In this document: piece after piece, positions 13,236 through 25,978 of the stretch | Position numbering within the stretch: position 1 is the stretch's first letter | Layout of the letters: each line of letters begins with the position of its first letter | Program-made: the position numbers and the translations under genes | NCBI GenBank assembly: GCA_028534125.1 | Contig: CM052816.1 | Coordinates: forward strand, 77,316,001 to 77,380,000 | Direction: 5' to 3' | Source: Lama glama | Lineage: Eukaryota | DNA length: 64,000 nt | The notes under the pieces: generated by a model | Seen by the model: the letters and a program-made list of their open reading frames with translations, nothing else | Told to the model about the DNA's origin: nothing | Databases searched by the model: none

Positions 13236-16200
13236 TCCTACCTCTAAGCATTTATAAACTACCTGAGCCTTACTCCTTTTACAGGTGTGCTCATTCAATC
13301 TTACAAATGATGAGATCTTCTTAGAATTATTCTTTAGGTTCAGACAGTAACACTTGAAGGTTTACTAAAAGTATGTATATGAAACAGGACTTAAATGATG
13401 CTCAATCTCTTGTATGCCTAGAAAATTACCTGGAATTCTATCCGAAATGAACATTGTCAGAACCAGTCCCCAGAGATTCTGATTCAGTGGGCCTAGAATG
13501 GGTGCAAGGAATCTGAATTTTAAACCAACCCTCCAAGATATTACCAGTGCGGGTGGTCTGTCCACCACCCTTGAGTGTGTTGCTCTAAAGCCACCCATTT
13601 AATTACCAGTTATATGATAAATAAATACCATTTCAATTCAAAGAGGCACCATGGAGACTCCTCTTCTGAATTACTAGATGCTTGTATAATTAGTTTCATC
13701 ACATTTTAGCTTATATTCATTATAGTTCATTGTATTTTACTGCAAAATATTTAATGCACAAAATGGTAGCTATGTTTGAATGTTCGAAAAGTGTTTGAAT
13801 ATGTAATATTCAAAAAGCCTGCCTCTAGATGACCCTTGGCTCTTCCAAAAAAATCAAGCTGCTCTAAGAAAATTAAGTTCTGTTATAAATGAAAATCAAA
13901 GGCTTTCAGTTGCAAGTGACAGAAGCTTAATTCAAACCACCTTAAGCAAAACAAATTTATTAGTTACAAAACTAAAATGTCCATGATTTTGAAAGAATGA
14001 AGTTTGAGCAGATTGGACATGTTAGAGCTAAAGACCAGATCTGCCTTTGGGAAGATGATGCGAGTGGGGAGTGTTGCAGATGTGGGTGGTGTGCAGGTTC
14101 TCATGGGAGGAAGGCCCACGAGAAAGAAGCTACCTGGAGAGTCTAGAGACAGGTGAAGTGGAGGTCTAGACAGGTGATTTGCACCGAAGAAGTTTTGTGA
14201 GGTGTGATCAGGTGGAAGTCCTGGAAGCTGGGCAGGGAATGACTGGAGGTAAGGAATAAGGAGGCAGACAGAGTAAAGAATGTTAGTCGTCTGGGATCAG
14301 GGCTTCACTTGGAGGCTAAAAATATGACTTCATGTATCTGGTTTTTTTCTATCTCTCTGCTCTTCTTTCTTCCACGATAGCTTCCCTCTCAGACAGGCTC
14401 TCTCATTAGAAGCAAGATGGTGGCCACCAATTTAGTAGCCGCAAACTGGGTCTCATTGGTCTGGCTTGGTCAAGGCCAATCTTTGACCCAATCATTGTGG
14501 CCAGAGATACCTTATTTGGCCAGCACTGGGCCATGTGCTCATCTCTGGAGACAGGAATGGGTTACAGCTACTGAATCACAAAGGTTCTCCAAAAGGGAAA
14601 AGGTTCCCGCTATTCCCAGCAGGAAGAGGGCAGTGAGGACCGGGCAGGGGAAATTCAATCTGTCTCCTGTAGATCCGATGACACTTCTACTCTGGGTCAG
14701 TAATCTGATGGGGAAGGGAACTGGATTTTCCTTTCTCCCAAAGGGGATTTTTTTCTAAGATGAATAAAGCAAGCAATTTTATTCCAAAGTGTTTGAATTA
14801 AGCAAACCGTGCCTATTCCTTCTTAGGAGAATATCAAAGAGGAACCCAGTGTTACAGGCTGCAGTTAGGTCTAATTGCCATCCTAGGAACCTGTGTTTTC
14901 TACCTCAAGGTTGCCTGTTAATAATATTTTTCCACTAGATATGTTGAACCTACATACCTATGAATCTTGCTTTAAATTCACAATTGTTTAGTTTGCATGG
15001 AAGCCAGATTTCCTATAGATGCATAAAGTGTATAGAGAAAAATGCTGGCAACCTCTTGTCCTTTTAAGTCTGTTACTAAAGACTGAAATCAGAGCCATTT
15101 GCTGCAGAGTTCTCAAAATATCACAGAGAAAAGCAGTTCAGTCTTTACTATGACTTTCACTGACTCACTTGTGAGTTTCAACCAAGATGCTCCACGTCAA
15201 GTCTCTTGACAAAAGCAGGTTTTGGATTTTGCTGTATCTTTCTATTTATAGCTTGTATTTTCACTTATTTACTATCCTGGGACAGTGCTAAAGTAAGGAA
15301 GTTTATAAGTAGAGTTGTTTGTTGTTTCTCGTTACCCGATTCCTTTTACCTAAAGAAAACATCCTCTACTTGCCCCCCTGGTATAATTAAGCTCCCCTTC
15401 TTGTATTTTTGTTTGTATACTGTGTTAGCATGATGCCTGGTATACAAGGAGTGTTCAATAAATGTCACTCTTCAGTGACTCAACACAGGATCGACACGTT
15501 TTGCATTATGCCACCGTTCATTGAAGCACTGTCGAGTCCTTTCTGAGACAACTGGGAAGTCTCCCAAGATTGAGCTATTTGGGCATTTTACCAGAGATCT
15601 GGGAAATTCCAAACATGAGACTTTAAAAAATATATATGGCTTCCTTTTTTAAAATCAAAACAGAACAGCAATTTTTATTTGTTAAGGCTCAAAGCATAAA
15701 GGGAGCACAGTTAATAAGGTTTATTTAGGAAGACTGTTAAACTCTATCTAGATGTTGGCAACTTTGGCATTCAAGATTTCAACGTCTGACTGCAGAGAAA
15801 TAGCTCCAATGCTTATAATGCATATGTAACTTGTGTGATGGTGCAGATTGAGCAGTCTCTGCCCTTTCTCACGTCACATTTCCTCCTCTGCACAGCTGAT
15901 ACAGTAACAAGTGTATTTATCATTTTCTGACCATTGTAGAAAACATAGAACCAGCCAGGAAACCAGATTCTTGTCCTGCCCTTGCAGTGTACCGGCCATT
16001 GTGAGCGTGATAAATACCCCCGCCACACCCCCGCATAGCAGTCAGGCATTGAAAAGTTCAAGGGCATGGAGCGCTTATCTCTGTCAGCTCCTTCCTTTGG
16101 TAGCTTGTAGGAAAACTGTTAGAAGTCAGAATGGGAAGAGAGAGGAGGGAGGAGGGTGGGTTGGCTGGATAGCATGGCCAGATGTCCAGAAACCAAATCA

Positions 16201-17394
16201 TAATCATCTTTTCAACTAGTGTCCTTGAATTCCTTGAGCTATTCATGAAATGCTTATAACCTCCAATATCTGATTAGGTCATCAGAGTCAGCTCAAATCA
16301 TGGATTCCTTGGATAATTTGATAAATGACCTTCAGTTTTCTCACAGGCAAATGCATTCTGGTTCAATCAATTGTTTTGTTTATGTGAGCACTTTGGTCTT
16401 GTGTCCACAGATCTATTTCTAGGTTTAAAAAGTTTTATGAGTGTTGCTTTGCCAGTTCTAATAGGTATGTGATTTGGATGTATATGGATTTTGCTCCCAA
16501 ATGCCTCTCCTCTACAGGCAAACAAGCAAACCTGAGGCAGAAATATTATGCATTTGGTTACTTGATTCTTTCTTATCACAGGCAACTAACTACTGTATCC
16601 AGATAAGTCCCTGCTGACATTATGGTGGTGTCTGCCAAAGAAACTGTCTAATGTCACGTTAATGCAACAGAAATGAGGACCAACCTTGACTTCAAGTTCT
16701 CCTTCACTTGAGGCATCTTGACTCTTGGCATTTACAGTTGTTTGCTTGTTGAACGGTGTTGGGTTTCTATGGCTCCAAGAGCTGGCTCACGTTACAGTCA
16801 AGTGGAAGCAAGAAAACTCAGGCAAGCCTTTCATGGAAAGATAGGCCTGCCACAATTTCAGGTCTCATGGTAAATGAACAGGGAAAAGGGAGATGTAATC
16901 GCTCGACTTTTCCAAGATTTGGACAGAAGGAAGTTGTGGAGTTGGGGACTTCGGAAGGTCATGTTAGAACTGGAGAGCAGACCAGCTCCACTTCTGGAAA
17001 GGTGGTGGGTGGGGGCATCGCTGGTGGGAGAAGAAGGTTGAGGACAGTGTGTAGGCCCAGTGCGGGGAAGGCAAGGTAGCAGGGGTCACAGCATCGGGAG
17101 AATCTAGGGGCAGGAAGGTGGCGATCCAGACAATTAATCTATCCTAAGAAGGTGGAGGTAAAGAATGAGCAGGTGGACATCCGGGCAGGTGAGCTAAGCA
17201 CAACCAGAAATAGTGGGAAGGAATGAGGCTGTCCAGATCAAGAGTGCTGGTCAACCAAAGTCACGGTGCCCTCTGGAGTTGAGGGGCAGACCATAATCTT
17301 AGGGGATGGAGGTTACAAGAACAGGAAGACAGAAGCAGCACAGTGACTAGGATGCTATATGCATGTCAGACACTGAACTGGGCTATAGATTTTA

Positions 17395-17880
17395 TTCATT
17401 CATTTATTCCTCAAGTTTTAATTGAGCATCTAGTCTGTGCCAGGCACTGTTCCAGGAATGGGAAAAAGAAAAAAGTCTTGCCCCTTTGAAGCTTATATCT
17501 TCATAAGGGAGACAGATATCAAATAAATAAGCTTGTTTTAAACTAGATTGGTGGGTAATAAGTGCTCGAGAGAAAAACAAAGAAAGGGAGAGACACAGGG
17601 AGTCTGGAGGATTCAAATTTTAAATAAGAAGGTCAGGGAAAGCCTCACTGAGAAGGTGGCCTTTGGGACGATCCTTGAAGGAAGTCAGGGAGTGGGCCAC
17701 ACAGATACCTGGGGGAAGAACATGATAGGTGCCGAGTGAGGTGAGAGGGTGTCTGGTGTATTCAGAGAACAGCAAGGAGGCTCGATGGCTGGATCTGCAC
17801 AAGTGAGGGGCAGAATCAGAGAGGAGAGAAGAAGCAGACAAGCGATGAAGGTGTGAAGTCATCTAAATAAGCCCTTTTAG
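17395..17880 (-). mobile_element. L2 LINE 3' portion
   Basis: attcattcattt...ttgagcatctagtctgtgccaggcactgttc...gtcagggaaagcctcactgagaaggtg. Confidence 0.75.
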
Positions 17881-17882
17881 GC

Positions 17883-18110
17883 CAGTGGTTTTCAATTGGG
17901 GTCAATTCCAGGCATATGAAACAGACCGAGGGAACTCTATAGGGGGCACTTGAGGAAAAGAGACAGTGAGTGTGTAGACAGAAGGCACATGGAGGAGGGG
18001 GAGAGACGAGAAGGAGGGGCAGGCAGGACCTTTAAGTGATGAAATTTACATCAATTGACATTTGCCAATAAATGGAGACGTTTTTGATTGTCACCACTGG
18101 GGGGCTGTTT
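17883..18110 (+). mobile_element. MER20 5' fragment interrupted by a 155-bp templated insertion
   Basis: cagtggttttcaattggggtcaatt [insert] gacatttgccaataaatggagacgtttttgattgtcaccactgggggg. Confidence 0.7.
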
Positions 18111-18279
18111 GTTCCAGTTGAGACTTCAAACAATTCAAAATGGGCTTTTTATGCATAGGAAGCGCCCATCTGGGCCAATAGTGGCCCCACACCAGACTGT
18201 ATGTAGCATTAGATTTCAAACTGGTCTCTGTGGATTGAAGTAATCAGAAACAAGCAAGTATGAAGTTGTTTCATAAAAT

Positions 18280-18790
18280 CTATTATTGAAGGATAATATA
18301 CATCAAAAACAGTGTTCATGCCATCAATGCACATATTGGTATATTTTCACCAGCAAAACTCCGACACCTAACTAGCACCCAGATACCAAGAAACAGAACA
18401 TTAGCAGTGCCCCGAAAACCGTCACCATCTCCTCCAATAACTACTCTTCCTTAAGTAGCCACTATTCTGACTTTTAATACCATAAATTAGTTTGCCAATT
18501 TTTAACCTTTTATAAATAGAGTCACATAGTGTGCACGCGACTCCTTTCCCTAAACATGACGTTTGTGAGATTCATCCATATTGTCATGTAAAGTCATAGA
18601 CCATTCATTCTCATTGTTATATAATCTTCCATCGTGTGAATATAAAAGAGTTGGTGTATTCTACTTGGATGGACATTTGGATTGTTTCCAGTTTGGGGTT
18701 ATTACAAGTCGTGTTGCTATGAAGAGCCCAGCGCATGCCTTTTGGTGAGCACATGTATGCATTTCTGTTGTGGAGTGAAGTGGAATTGCA
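18280..18790 (-). mobile_element. Old L1M (L1MB/ME-like) 3' region
   Basis: agccactattctgacttttaataccataaattagttttgcc...tttgtgagattcatccatattg...ggacatttggattgtttccagtttggggttatt. Confidence 0.7.
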
Positions 18791-19174
18791 GGGTAGTAGG
18801 AGAGAAAAGAAATCTTATTAGTAAGATGAAATTAGCACATTATAGCGAGAGCAGTAGACAAGTCATATAAATATGATAGGGAAGGTTTGGATTGGTTCAA
18901 GAATGAAAGAGAAAGCACAGAGCTCACTGCGACAGTGAGGATGCGAAGTAGAGTGTTGTTGTAGCTACGGAGAACGATGTGTGTAGATAGGCATGTAGCT
19001 TGCAGAAATCAAGTGGCAGCTGTGCAGGGTAGGAAGGGGCTTGGGTAGGAGTCAGAGAGACCAGAGTTTGAACCTTGCTCTACCGAATATGACTGTGTGA
19101 CTTGAGGGCTTCACTTGGCAGTTTGAAGCTTTGACTTTTCCATTGCAGGAAATATAGGTTGTTGAGAAGATTAA

Positions 19175-19560
19175 ATTCATTCATTCAATACCTATTGATT
19201 GAATACCTACCTGTGTGCAGGGTACTGGGGATTCAGCAGTGACCAAAATGAAGGGTCCTTGTCCTCAACGATTTTACTGGAAAGGAAAGCAGTGAACTTT
19301 GGTCAGTTAACTAAAATTAAGGTAAGCAGAATGAAGAGATCTAACTTAGTCTGGGGGTCAGGAAGGCTTTGCTGAGGCCAAGCAGATATGAGCCAGGACA
19401 AGAGTTGGGAATGAGAAATTCCAAGCACATGAAACAGCTCAAGGGAACTCTATAGGGGACACTTGAGGAAAAGAGACATTGAGTGTGTAGACAAAAGGCA
19501 CATGGAGGAGGGGGAGAGACGAGATGGAGGAGCAGGCAAGACCTTTAAGTGATGAAATTT
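19175..19560 (-). mobile_element. L2 LINE fragment (contains the source copy of the 155-bp duplication)
   Basis: attcattcattcaatacctattgattgaatacctac...ggtactggggattcagcagtgac...gtcaggaaggcttt. Confidence 0.6.
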
Positions 19561-19574
19561 ATGTCAATTGATTA

Positions 19575-19836
19575 AAAAAATTTGTTTTAATTGAAGTATA
19601 CTCAGTTTACAATGTTGTGTCAGTTTCTGGTGTACAGCATAGTGGTTCATTTACACACACATATATATTCTTTTTTATAGTCTTTTTCATTATAGGTTAC
19701 TACAAGATATTGAATATAGTTCCCTGTGCTATATAGTATAAACTTGTTGTTTATTTATTTTATATATAGTAGTTAGTATCTGCAAATCTTGAACTCCCAA
19801 TTTATCCCTTCCCACCCTCTTCTTCCCCTGGTAACC
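19575..19836 (-). mobile_element. Lineage-specific (cetartiodactyl/camelid-type) L1 3' end
   Basis: ttaattgaagtatactcagtttacaatgttgtgtcagtttctggtgtacagcatagt...tacaagatattgaatatagttccctgtgctata...cccctggtaacc. Confidence 0.8.
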
Positions 19837-22800
19837 TCGCCAGGGAATGGAGTAGGAGAAGTGACAGAATCGGATAAGCACAAAAACTTAAGATTGACTT
19901 GTGAATTTGTATTTCAGTATTTATCCATGAATTCATTTACATTTATAGCATGTGGGGCTAACAAGTGAATCTGGTAGTGTTGGAAATTATTTGGCTATCA
20001 ATAACTATTAAATGGATGAATACATAAATAGTAATTTATGAGGTTAACACAACTTGGAAAAAATCTATTTAATACTATTTAATTCCTTTTGCTCTAATAT
20101 TAACTTAGTTTAAGTACATCTCTACTCTAGGAACAGTAGCTAATATTCATTGTGTTACTATGCACCAAATTCTGTTCTAAGCAGTATGTAACAGGTATAT
20201 CTTCTCATTTAATCCTCACCACAACAACCCAGGGAGGTTTGTTTTATCATCGTCCTTGTTTTACTGATGGGCAAGTAGACACCGAAAGGCACACTAACCT
20301 ACTTGCCTGAGGTCAGCCAGTTGGTAAGCATAGGCTCAGGATTCACACTCAGGCAGTCTGATTCCGGCCCACAAGCTCTCAATGACTGTTCTTTATAGCC
20401 TCCAGAAAAAGGTCGCAAACAAGCCAACACAAACATCTCGTTGGTTGATTGCTCCACTTCTCACTGTAAGTTAATAAATTAGCACTGTGTTTCACGCATT
20501 CATCTCTTGTGAGCTGATCAGTATGACTCCATTCCCTAGGGCTTCATCCCCTGGTAGTAGACTAAGAAAGCTGAGCTTCCAAGCCTGCCAGTCCAGCTGT
20601 GGATGGAGACTGATAGAAGTAGAAACTGGGGAGGTAGGCAGGTCCAAATCCTGTAGGTCTTGTAGACCATGGAAATGTTTCAGATTGTCCTCTTAGTGCA
20701 GAGGGAAGCAGTATGATTGGTTAGGAGGTGATTGAAATAGTCTGGGTGAGAGATGTTGGCGAGTGTGACAGCAGTTAAAATGGAGATAATATGAGAGAGT
20801 CTAAGTACAAGGTCTTGCAAAATGCCTGGGACGTAGTAGGTACATTGTAAGCGTGGCTATTGCTAACAATGAAGACAAGATCACTTCAATCTAGCAGGTC
20901 AGATTTCATGGAGTGGAAACTGCTGCCTGAAGCGTGGCGTTGAGAAAGATTTCCGAACATCTTCCAGACCCACATGGAGAGCGTTCTGGGATGGATGAGA
21001 GATGTGTCATGGGTTCCGGATCAGCATCTGGTAGCACGCGTGCTGAGGGGTGCTTTAATAATGATTTTCAAGTACAGACAAAATTCATACATAGATGATT
21101 CTGAGTCATTTTTCTCAGTATAAAAATAGTATTGAACTATAATATGAAATAGTATCTGATATAAAAAGATAGATAGGCTTAAACTATAAAAAGGATTTTT
21201 TTAATTAAAAAAAGCAATATCTAATGGATAGTGGATTATTAAAACTTACTAAATTGACCTTGGACTTGGAAATATTCATGGACAATGCACTGCTGACAAA
21301 GGGCTCCACGGGCGAGTTAGTTTGACTTGGGTCAAATGCTTTAACCCCCTCGTAGATCCATGATGCATAGCAGCATGTTAGAGGTTCAGCAGAGGAAGTG
21401 CAGTTACAGGAAACCTCTTTAGTGTTGTTGCACCCAGAATTTTCCAAATTGGCTTGACCTTGGAATTTTTTTTTCACCTCTTATTAGCATCTCAGAGAAA
21501 CATGATAGCATCTGTATGGATATTGTGTTATAACAACATGATGCTGTGCTACACAATTTCTAAGGCCATCCCTTTTGGTCCTGGCTTCTGTGGAGCTCAA
21601 TCAGTGAAAGAAAGAGAGACAGGAGGGGGAGAACTGTATATAGGGTTTGTTTTTAGAGAACCATTCCTACTTAATGATAATTGGTTGTATATAGGGCAGC
21701 TTTGCTCTGAATCTGATCACTGACTTTGTAACTCAGATTTAATCGTTGACTGATGAAGATCAATTCCTAGCCTGAACCCATGTTCTGAAGTTGCTTGAAT
21801 TTCAACGACCCAGCAGACACACAGATTCCACAGATGTGGGCCAGTTACAGAACACTAGGGCTTATTCATTTTTAAAGTTTCCAATTTTCAGTTCACTGCT
21901 CAGTACATAAAAGAGACTCCACAAATATCTTTTGAGTAAATGAATGAATACATAGCTGAAGGGATAATAATGGTCACTGTTTGTTCTCACAAGAAAAGCT
22001 ATTTATAAAACCACTAGGTATTGTACCAAATCAAGGAGAAAATTTTCAATAAAACAATGAGTCTGAGAAATAAACAAGATTTCTTTTTCTGTTCTACGGA
22101 GATTTAACAAGTTAGATCTACTTTCGTTTGAATTGTACATACTGAAAAGAACAGGATCTTTGGGCAAAAACTAGATAATGTTATTGAGTAACTTTGTCCT
22201 TTAATAACTTGGATAAGTTTGAACGAATTAAAGTCACATAATCCCCTTGTTTTCTTGTCTCCTGCACTAGGTGATCTCTAAAGTTCCTTTCAGTTCAAAA
22301 GTGTCTGTGAATCTATTCGCTTGTAAATGTGATACTTTGTGGTTTTTTTTTTTTCCTTGCAACATTGGAAAAGGGAATAATCTTCATTATAAAACCAGGT
22401 CTGAGTCCAGTTTGAAAGGGCCCCAGGAAAGCACAGAATTCCAAAGCATTTTGCAAGAATATCTTCACTCATTAAAGGAATGTTCGTAAGAGGAAAACCA
22501 GAGCTCTGTTAACAGATTTCCCTGCAGAAGTGCTGTGTGACGGCCCCTTTACTGAGTATATGACGGTGAGAGAGGGCAGCGGTCTCCTCTGTGGCAGTCT
22601 TGGTGAGGACGGGTGAACATGGGTCAGCAAGGGGGCTGGAGACACGGGCTGGTCTCCTAATGATCTCTAGGCACTACTATGAGCCAACACTTACACGTGC
22701 TTATTAAGTGGCAGCCATTGTCCTACATGCTTTGTTTTTATCAGTTCACTTAATCCTGCCAACAACCCCATGAAGTCGATGTTATGATTATGAAAATGAG

Positions 22801-23467
22801 GATTTTACAGATGGGTAAACTGAGGCATAAAAGGTTAAATTTTCTCAGGATTATGGGCCTAGGATGTGATGAGCCAAATTTTGAACCCAGGAGTAGGGAT
22901 CCAGAAGCCCTGCTTAACCACTCTGCTCTATAGCCATCTCAGGATATTGTCCAGCCATTGATGAAAACTGCAATGCACAAGTCACCCCACATTTATGGGG
23001 AGCCCTCGATGTTAAATGCTGCTGGGGCCTGAGGCAGGTGGTGGTGAAATGATGAAGACTTCATTGCTACACTTACCCAGCTAAGAAATCAACAACTCAC
23101 GCCAGGCAGAATGGAATGAGTTCTAGAATAGAAGTTCTGGGGAAGGAGAAAGGTAGAATTTGAACTAGTCCTGAAGCGTAGGGTTTTGATAGATAAAGTG
23201 AGAGCAGAGCATCTCTGGTTCCAGCAACAGCTTGGATTTTAGGGTGTCCCAAATAGGCTTGTCTGCACAGACTGTAAGGCATGCAGTAAGGAGATGATGT
23301 TCGGCTTTTAGAAGGTACTGAACTCTGTACTAGGGAGACTACATGTAATTCTGTGGGTAATACGGAGCAATTTGGCTTTTACTTGGAGTACAGTTCTGGA
23401 GATAGCATGGTGGAATGAGAAATTAAATCAGCTGCAGTGACAAATGTAAAAAGGGATGGTGGGATGG

Positions 23468-23860
23468 ATGTGTGATATGGTGCCCAGACTCCCCTTCAGG
23501 AATAAAGGTCTTACTATCCAAGTCACTGGGAAGGCTGCCAGCAGAGAGCCCTCAGCTGTTAAGCTCCTTTACCCAAGGTCATGCCCTCTTCCTGGGATGT
23601 TTGGCATCCAGTGACTAATTATTGTGGGGGTATAAACGCCCCTACTTCTCACTCTAGCTCGGGACAGCTCTGAAGGGTCATCCCAGCTTCAGGACTCCTC
23701 GCATTGCAGTTGAACTTCCTTCTCTGCCCAGTCTTTCCTCCTTCCTTTCTCTCTGACAGGCTGTTATCCCAAAAGCACTCCCTAATAAACCCCCTCCACG
23801 CTAATCTCTGTCTTCCAAGTCTGCGTCCTGGGAAACTCAACCTGCTTCCAGTGGCTGTTT
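23468..23860 (+). mobile_element. LTR16-like (ERVL) solo LTR
   Basis: gcccagactccccttcagg...cagagagccctcagctg...ctcgggacagctctgaaggg...cactccctaataaac...tcctgggaaactcaacctg. Confidence 0.7.
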
Positions 23861-25329
23861 GGTGCTTTATAAAACAGAACCCACAGTTGGGCATCTGTGC
23901 AGGCATGTCGTGAGTGAAAGAGAAGGCAAGTCAAAGAAGATGCCCAGCCAAGGTGGCAGGAAGGATGATGGTCCACCTAGCAAGGTGTCCCCCTGGACGA
24001 CTGTGAAAGGCCCCTCAATGACCTCCCTGTTTCTCTTCTTGACCGCTAAAATCTGATCTTCACACATAAGCCAGAAGGATAGCGTACAGAAGAAGATAAA
24101 AAGTCCTTATCATACCTACAATGCTCCATCTAATCTGGCCCCCAGATACCTCTCCAACCTCTTCGTGCTCCCCATGTTCCAGCCACCCTGGCCTCCTTGC
24201 AATTCTGGAACATTCAGCCACACACCTGTTGGTCCCCCACGTATTCCCAAGGCTCCATCTCTCATTTCATTTACACCTCTTTGCTCAAAAACTCCTTCTC
24301 AGGGAGGCCTCCCCAATTACCCCACTTAGAATAGCACCCTCTGTCATTTCCTATCCCTTAACAAACCCACTTTATTTTTTTCCAGAGCACTTCTTTCCCG
24401 TTGACATTTACATTGTATTATTTACCTGTTTGTTGGTGTGTTTTTCTCCAGCATGAGAGCTCCATGAGGACAAGAATTTTGTGTTCTTCCCTGTTATATT
24501 CCCTGGTCAGAAACATAATTGGTGCAAAAGTTAACGGAAATTAGGGATATGGGAGGAGCATACTTTTGGTAGAAAATACGAGTTTCATTTTGAATAAGTT
24601 GGGTGTGAACAGTCCTCAGAACAGTCGCATCAGAAGTTTAGAAGACAGTTACCAATTCAGGTTTCCAGGTAAAGATGAAGACAAAGATGCGCCTCAGTGG
24701 GTCCAGTGCCCTGTAAAGTGTATGGCAGAGAATGAGCTAGAACAGCAGTTCCCAAGTTGCTCTGGGGAATATGAGTCTCATGAGAGACTCTTTGAGAAAA
24801 AAAAAAAGAATAGCATGGTCATATTCTTTCAATGGAACAGAGCCTAATTCAAACAGGTGTAATAAAAGAAAAATAAATAAGCTAAGAAAGAAAGGACAAG
24901 AGAGAGAGACAGAGAGAGACAAGATGGGGAAGGGGATTTATTGGCTCATGTAACTGCAAAGTCCAGAGACTCAGGCAGGTCCATATCCAGGGATTCAGAA
25001 AGTGATACCAGAGCTTGGTATCTCTTTGTCTCTCAGCTCTGCCCTTCTCTCTCTGAGGTGACTGCATACTCAGCCAGCCTCCTTTGAAATGGACCACATG
25101 GCAAGTAGGTCACCAGAATTCTTTCCAGTTCCTTCTAACAGCAAACCCAGCTGAAGACAGTGCCTCTTCCACAGGCAACCTTTTTACTAACAGTGGAGAA
25201 TTCTTTACTTTCTGCTCACTTTTGCTGTGAGCCGAAAGCTGCCTTTAAAAAATAAAATTTATTAATTAAAGGAATACTGTAAATAATTTTAGTAGCTAAA
25301 CAAATGCCAATAGCATCATTTAAAAAATG

Positions 25330-25685
25330 GATACATGCTCCTACAACATAGAAGAACCATGAAAAAATTGTGCTCAGTTAAAGAAGCCAATCACAGAAGA
25401 TCATATATTGTACGATTCCATTTATATGAAATTTCCAGAATAGGCAAACCTGTAGAAAAAGTCATGGTTGCCAAGGGCTGGGGTGAAGGATGTGAGAGGA
25501 AATAGAGTGACTGCTAAGGGTTACAGAGTTTTCCTGTGGGGGAGGGGGAGGTGTGGATAATGAAAATGTTCTAAAATTATTTGTGAGGATAAGTGCATAT
25601 TGCTATGAATATACTACAGACCACTGAATTGTACACTTTAAATAAGGATATTTATTGGTTTGTAAACTACATCTCAAAGCTATTC
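25330..25685 (+). mobile_element. L1MB/MC-like 3' end
   Basis: aagaagccaatcacagaagatcatatattgtacgattccatttatatgaaat...ccactgaattgtacactttaaa...tacatctcaaagct. Confidence 0.75.
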
Positions 25686-25814
25686 AGAAAATCCCCCAAA
25701 ATTCAAGGAATTGGATCTAAGGAGCTGGCCTGGCTTGAGTCATGCACCCGGAAGGGTAAGTGGTCTGATTCACTCAGTCTGGGACGTATCTGATTTCATG
25801 CTAGAGGCTCCTAC

Positions 25815-25978
25815 ACTGTGTGTGTCACTTTCCAACTCCACATTCAGGGATGTCACCTTGGCAGCTTGAAATTGGCCATGGTGGGAGTATTTACACCTCA
25901 GAATCTGGCAAACGCTATAAATAGAGGCTATTTTTCTTTGAAGAATTAGTTGTTAAATACCTGCCAGCACATCACTGG
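25815..25978. mobile_element. MER63-like hAT element
   Basis: gcagcttgaaattggccatggtgggagtatttacacc...gttgttaaatacctgccagcacatcactgg. Confidence 0.6.
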
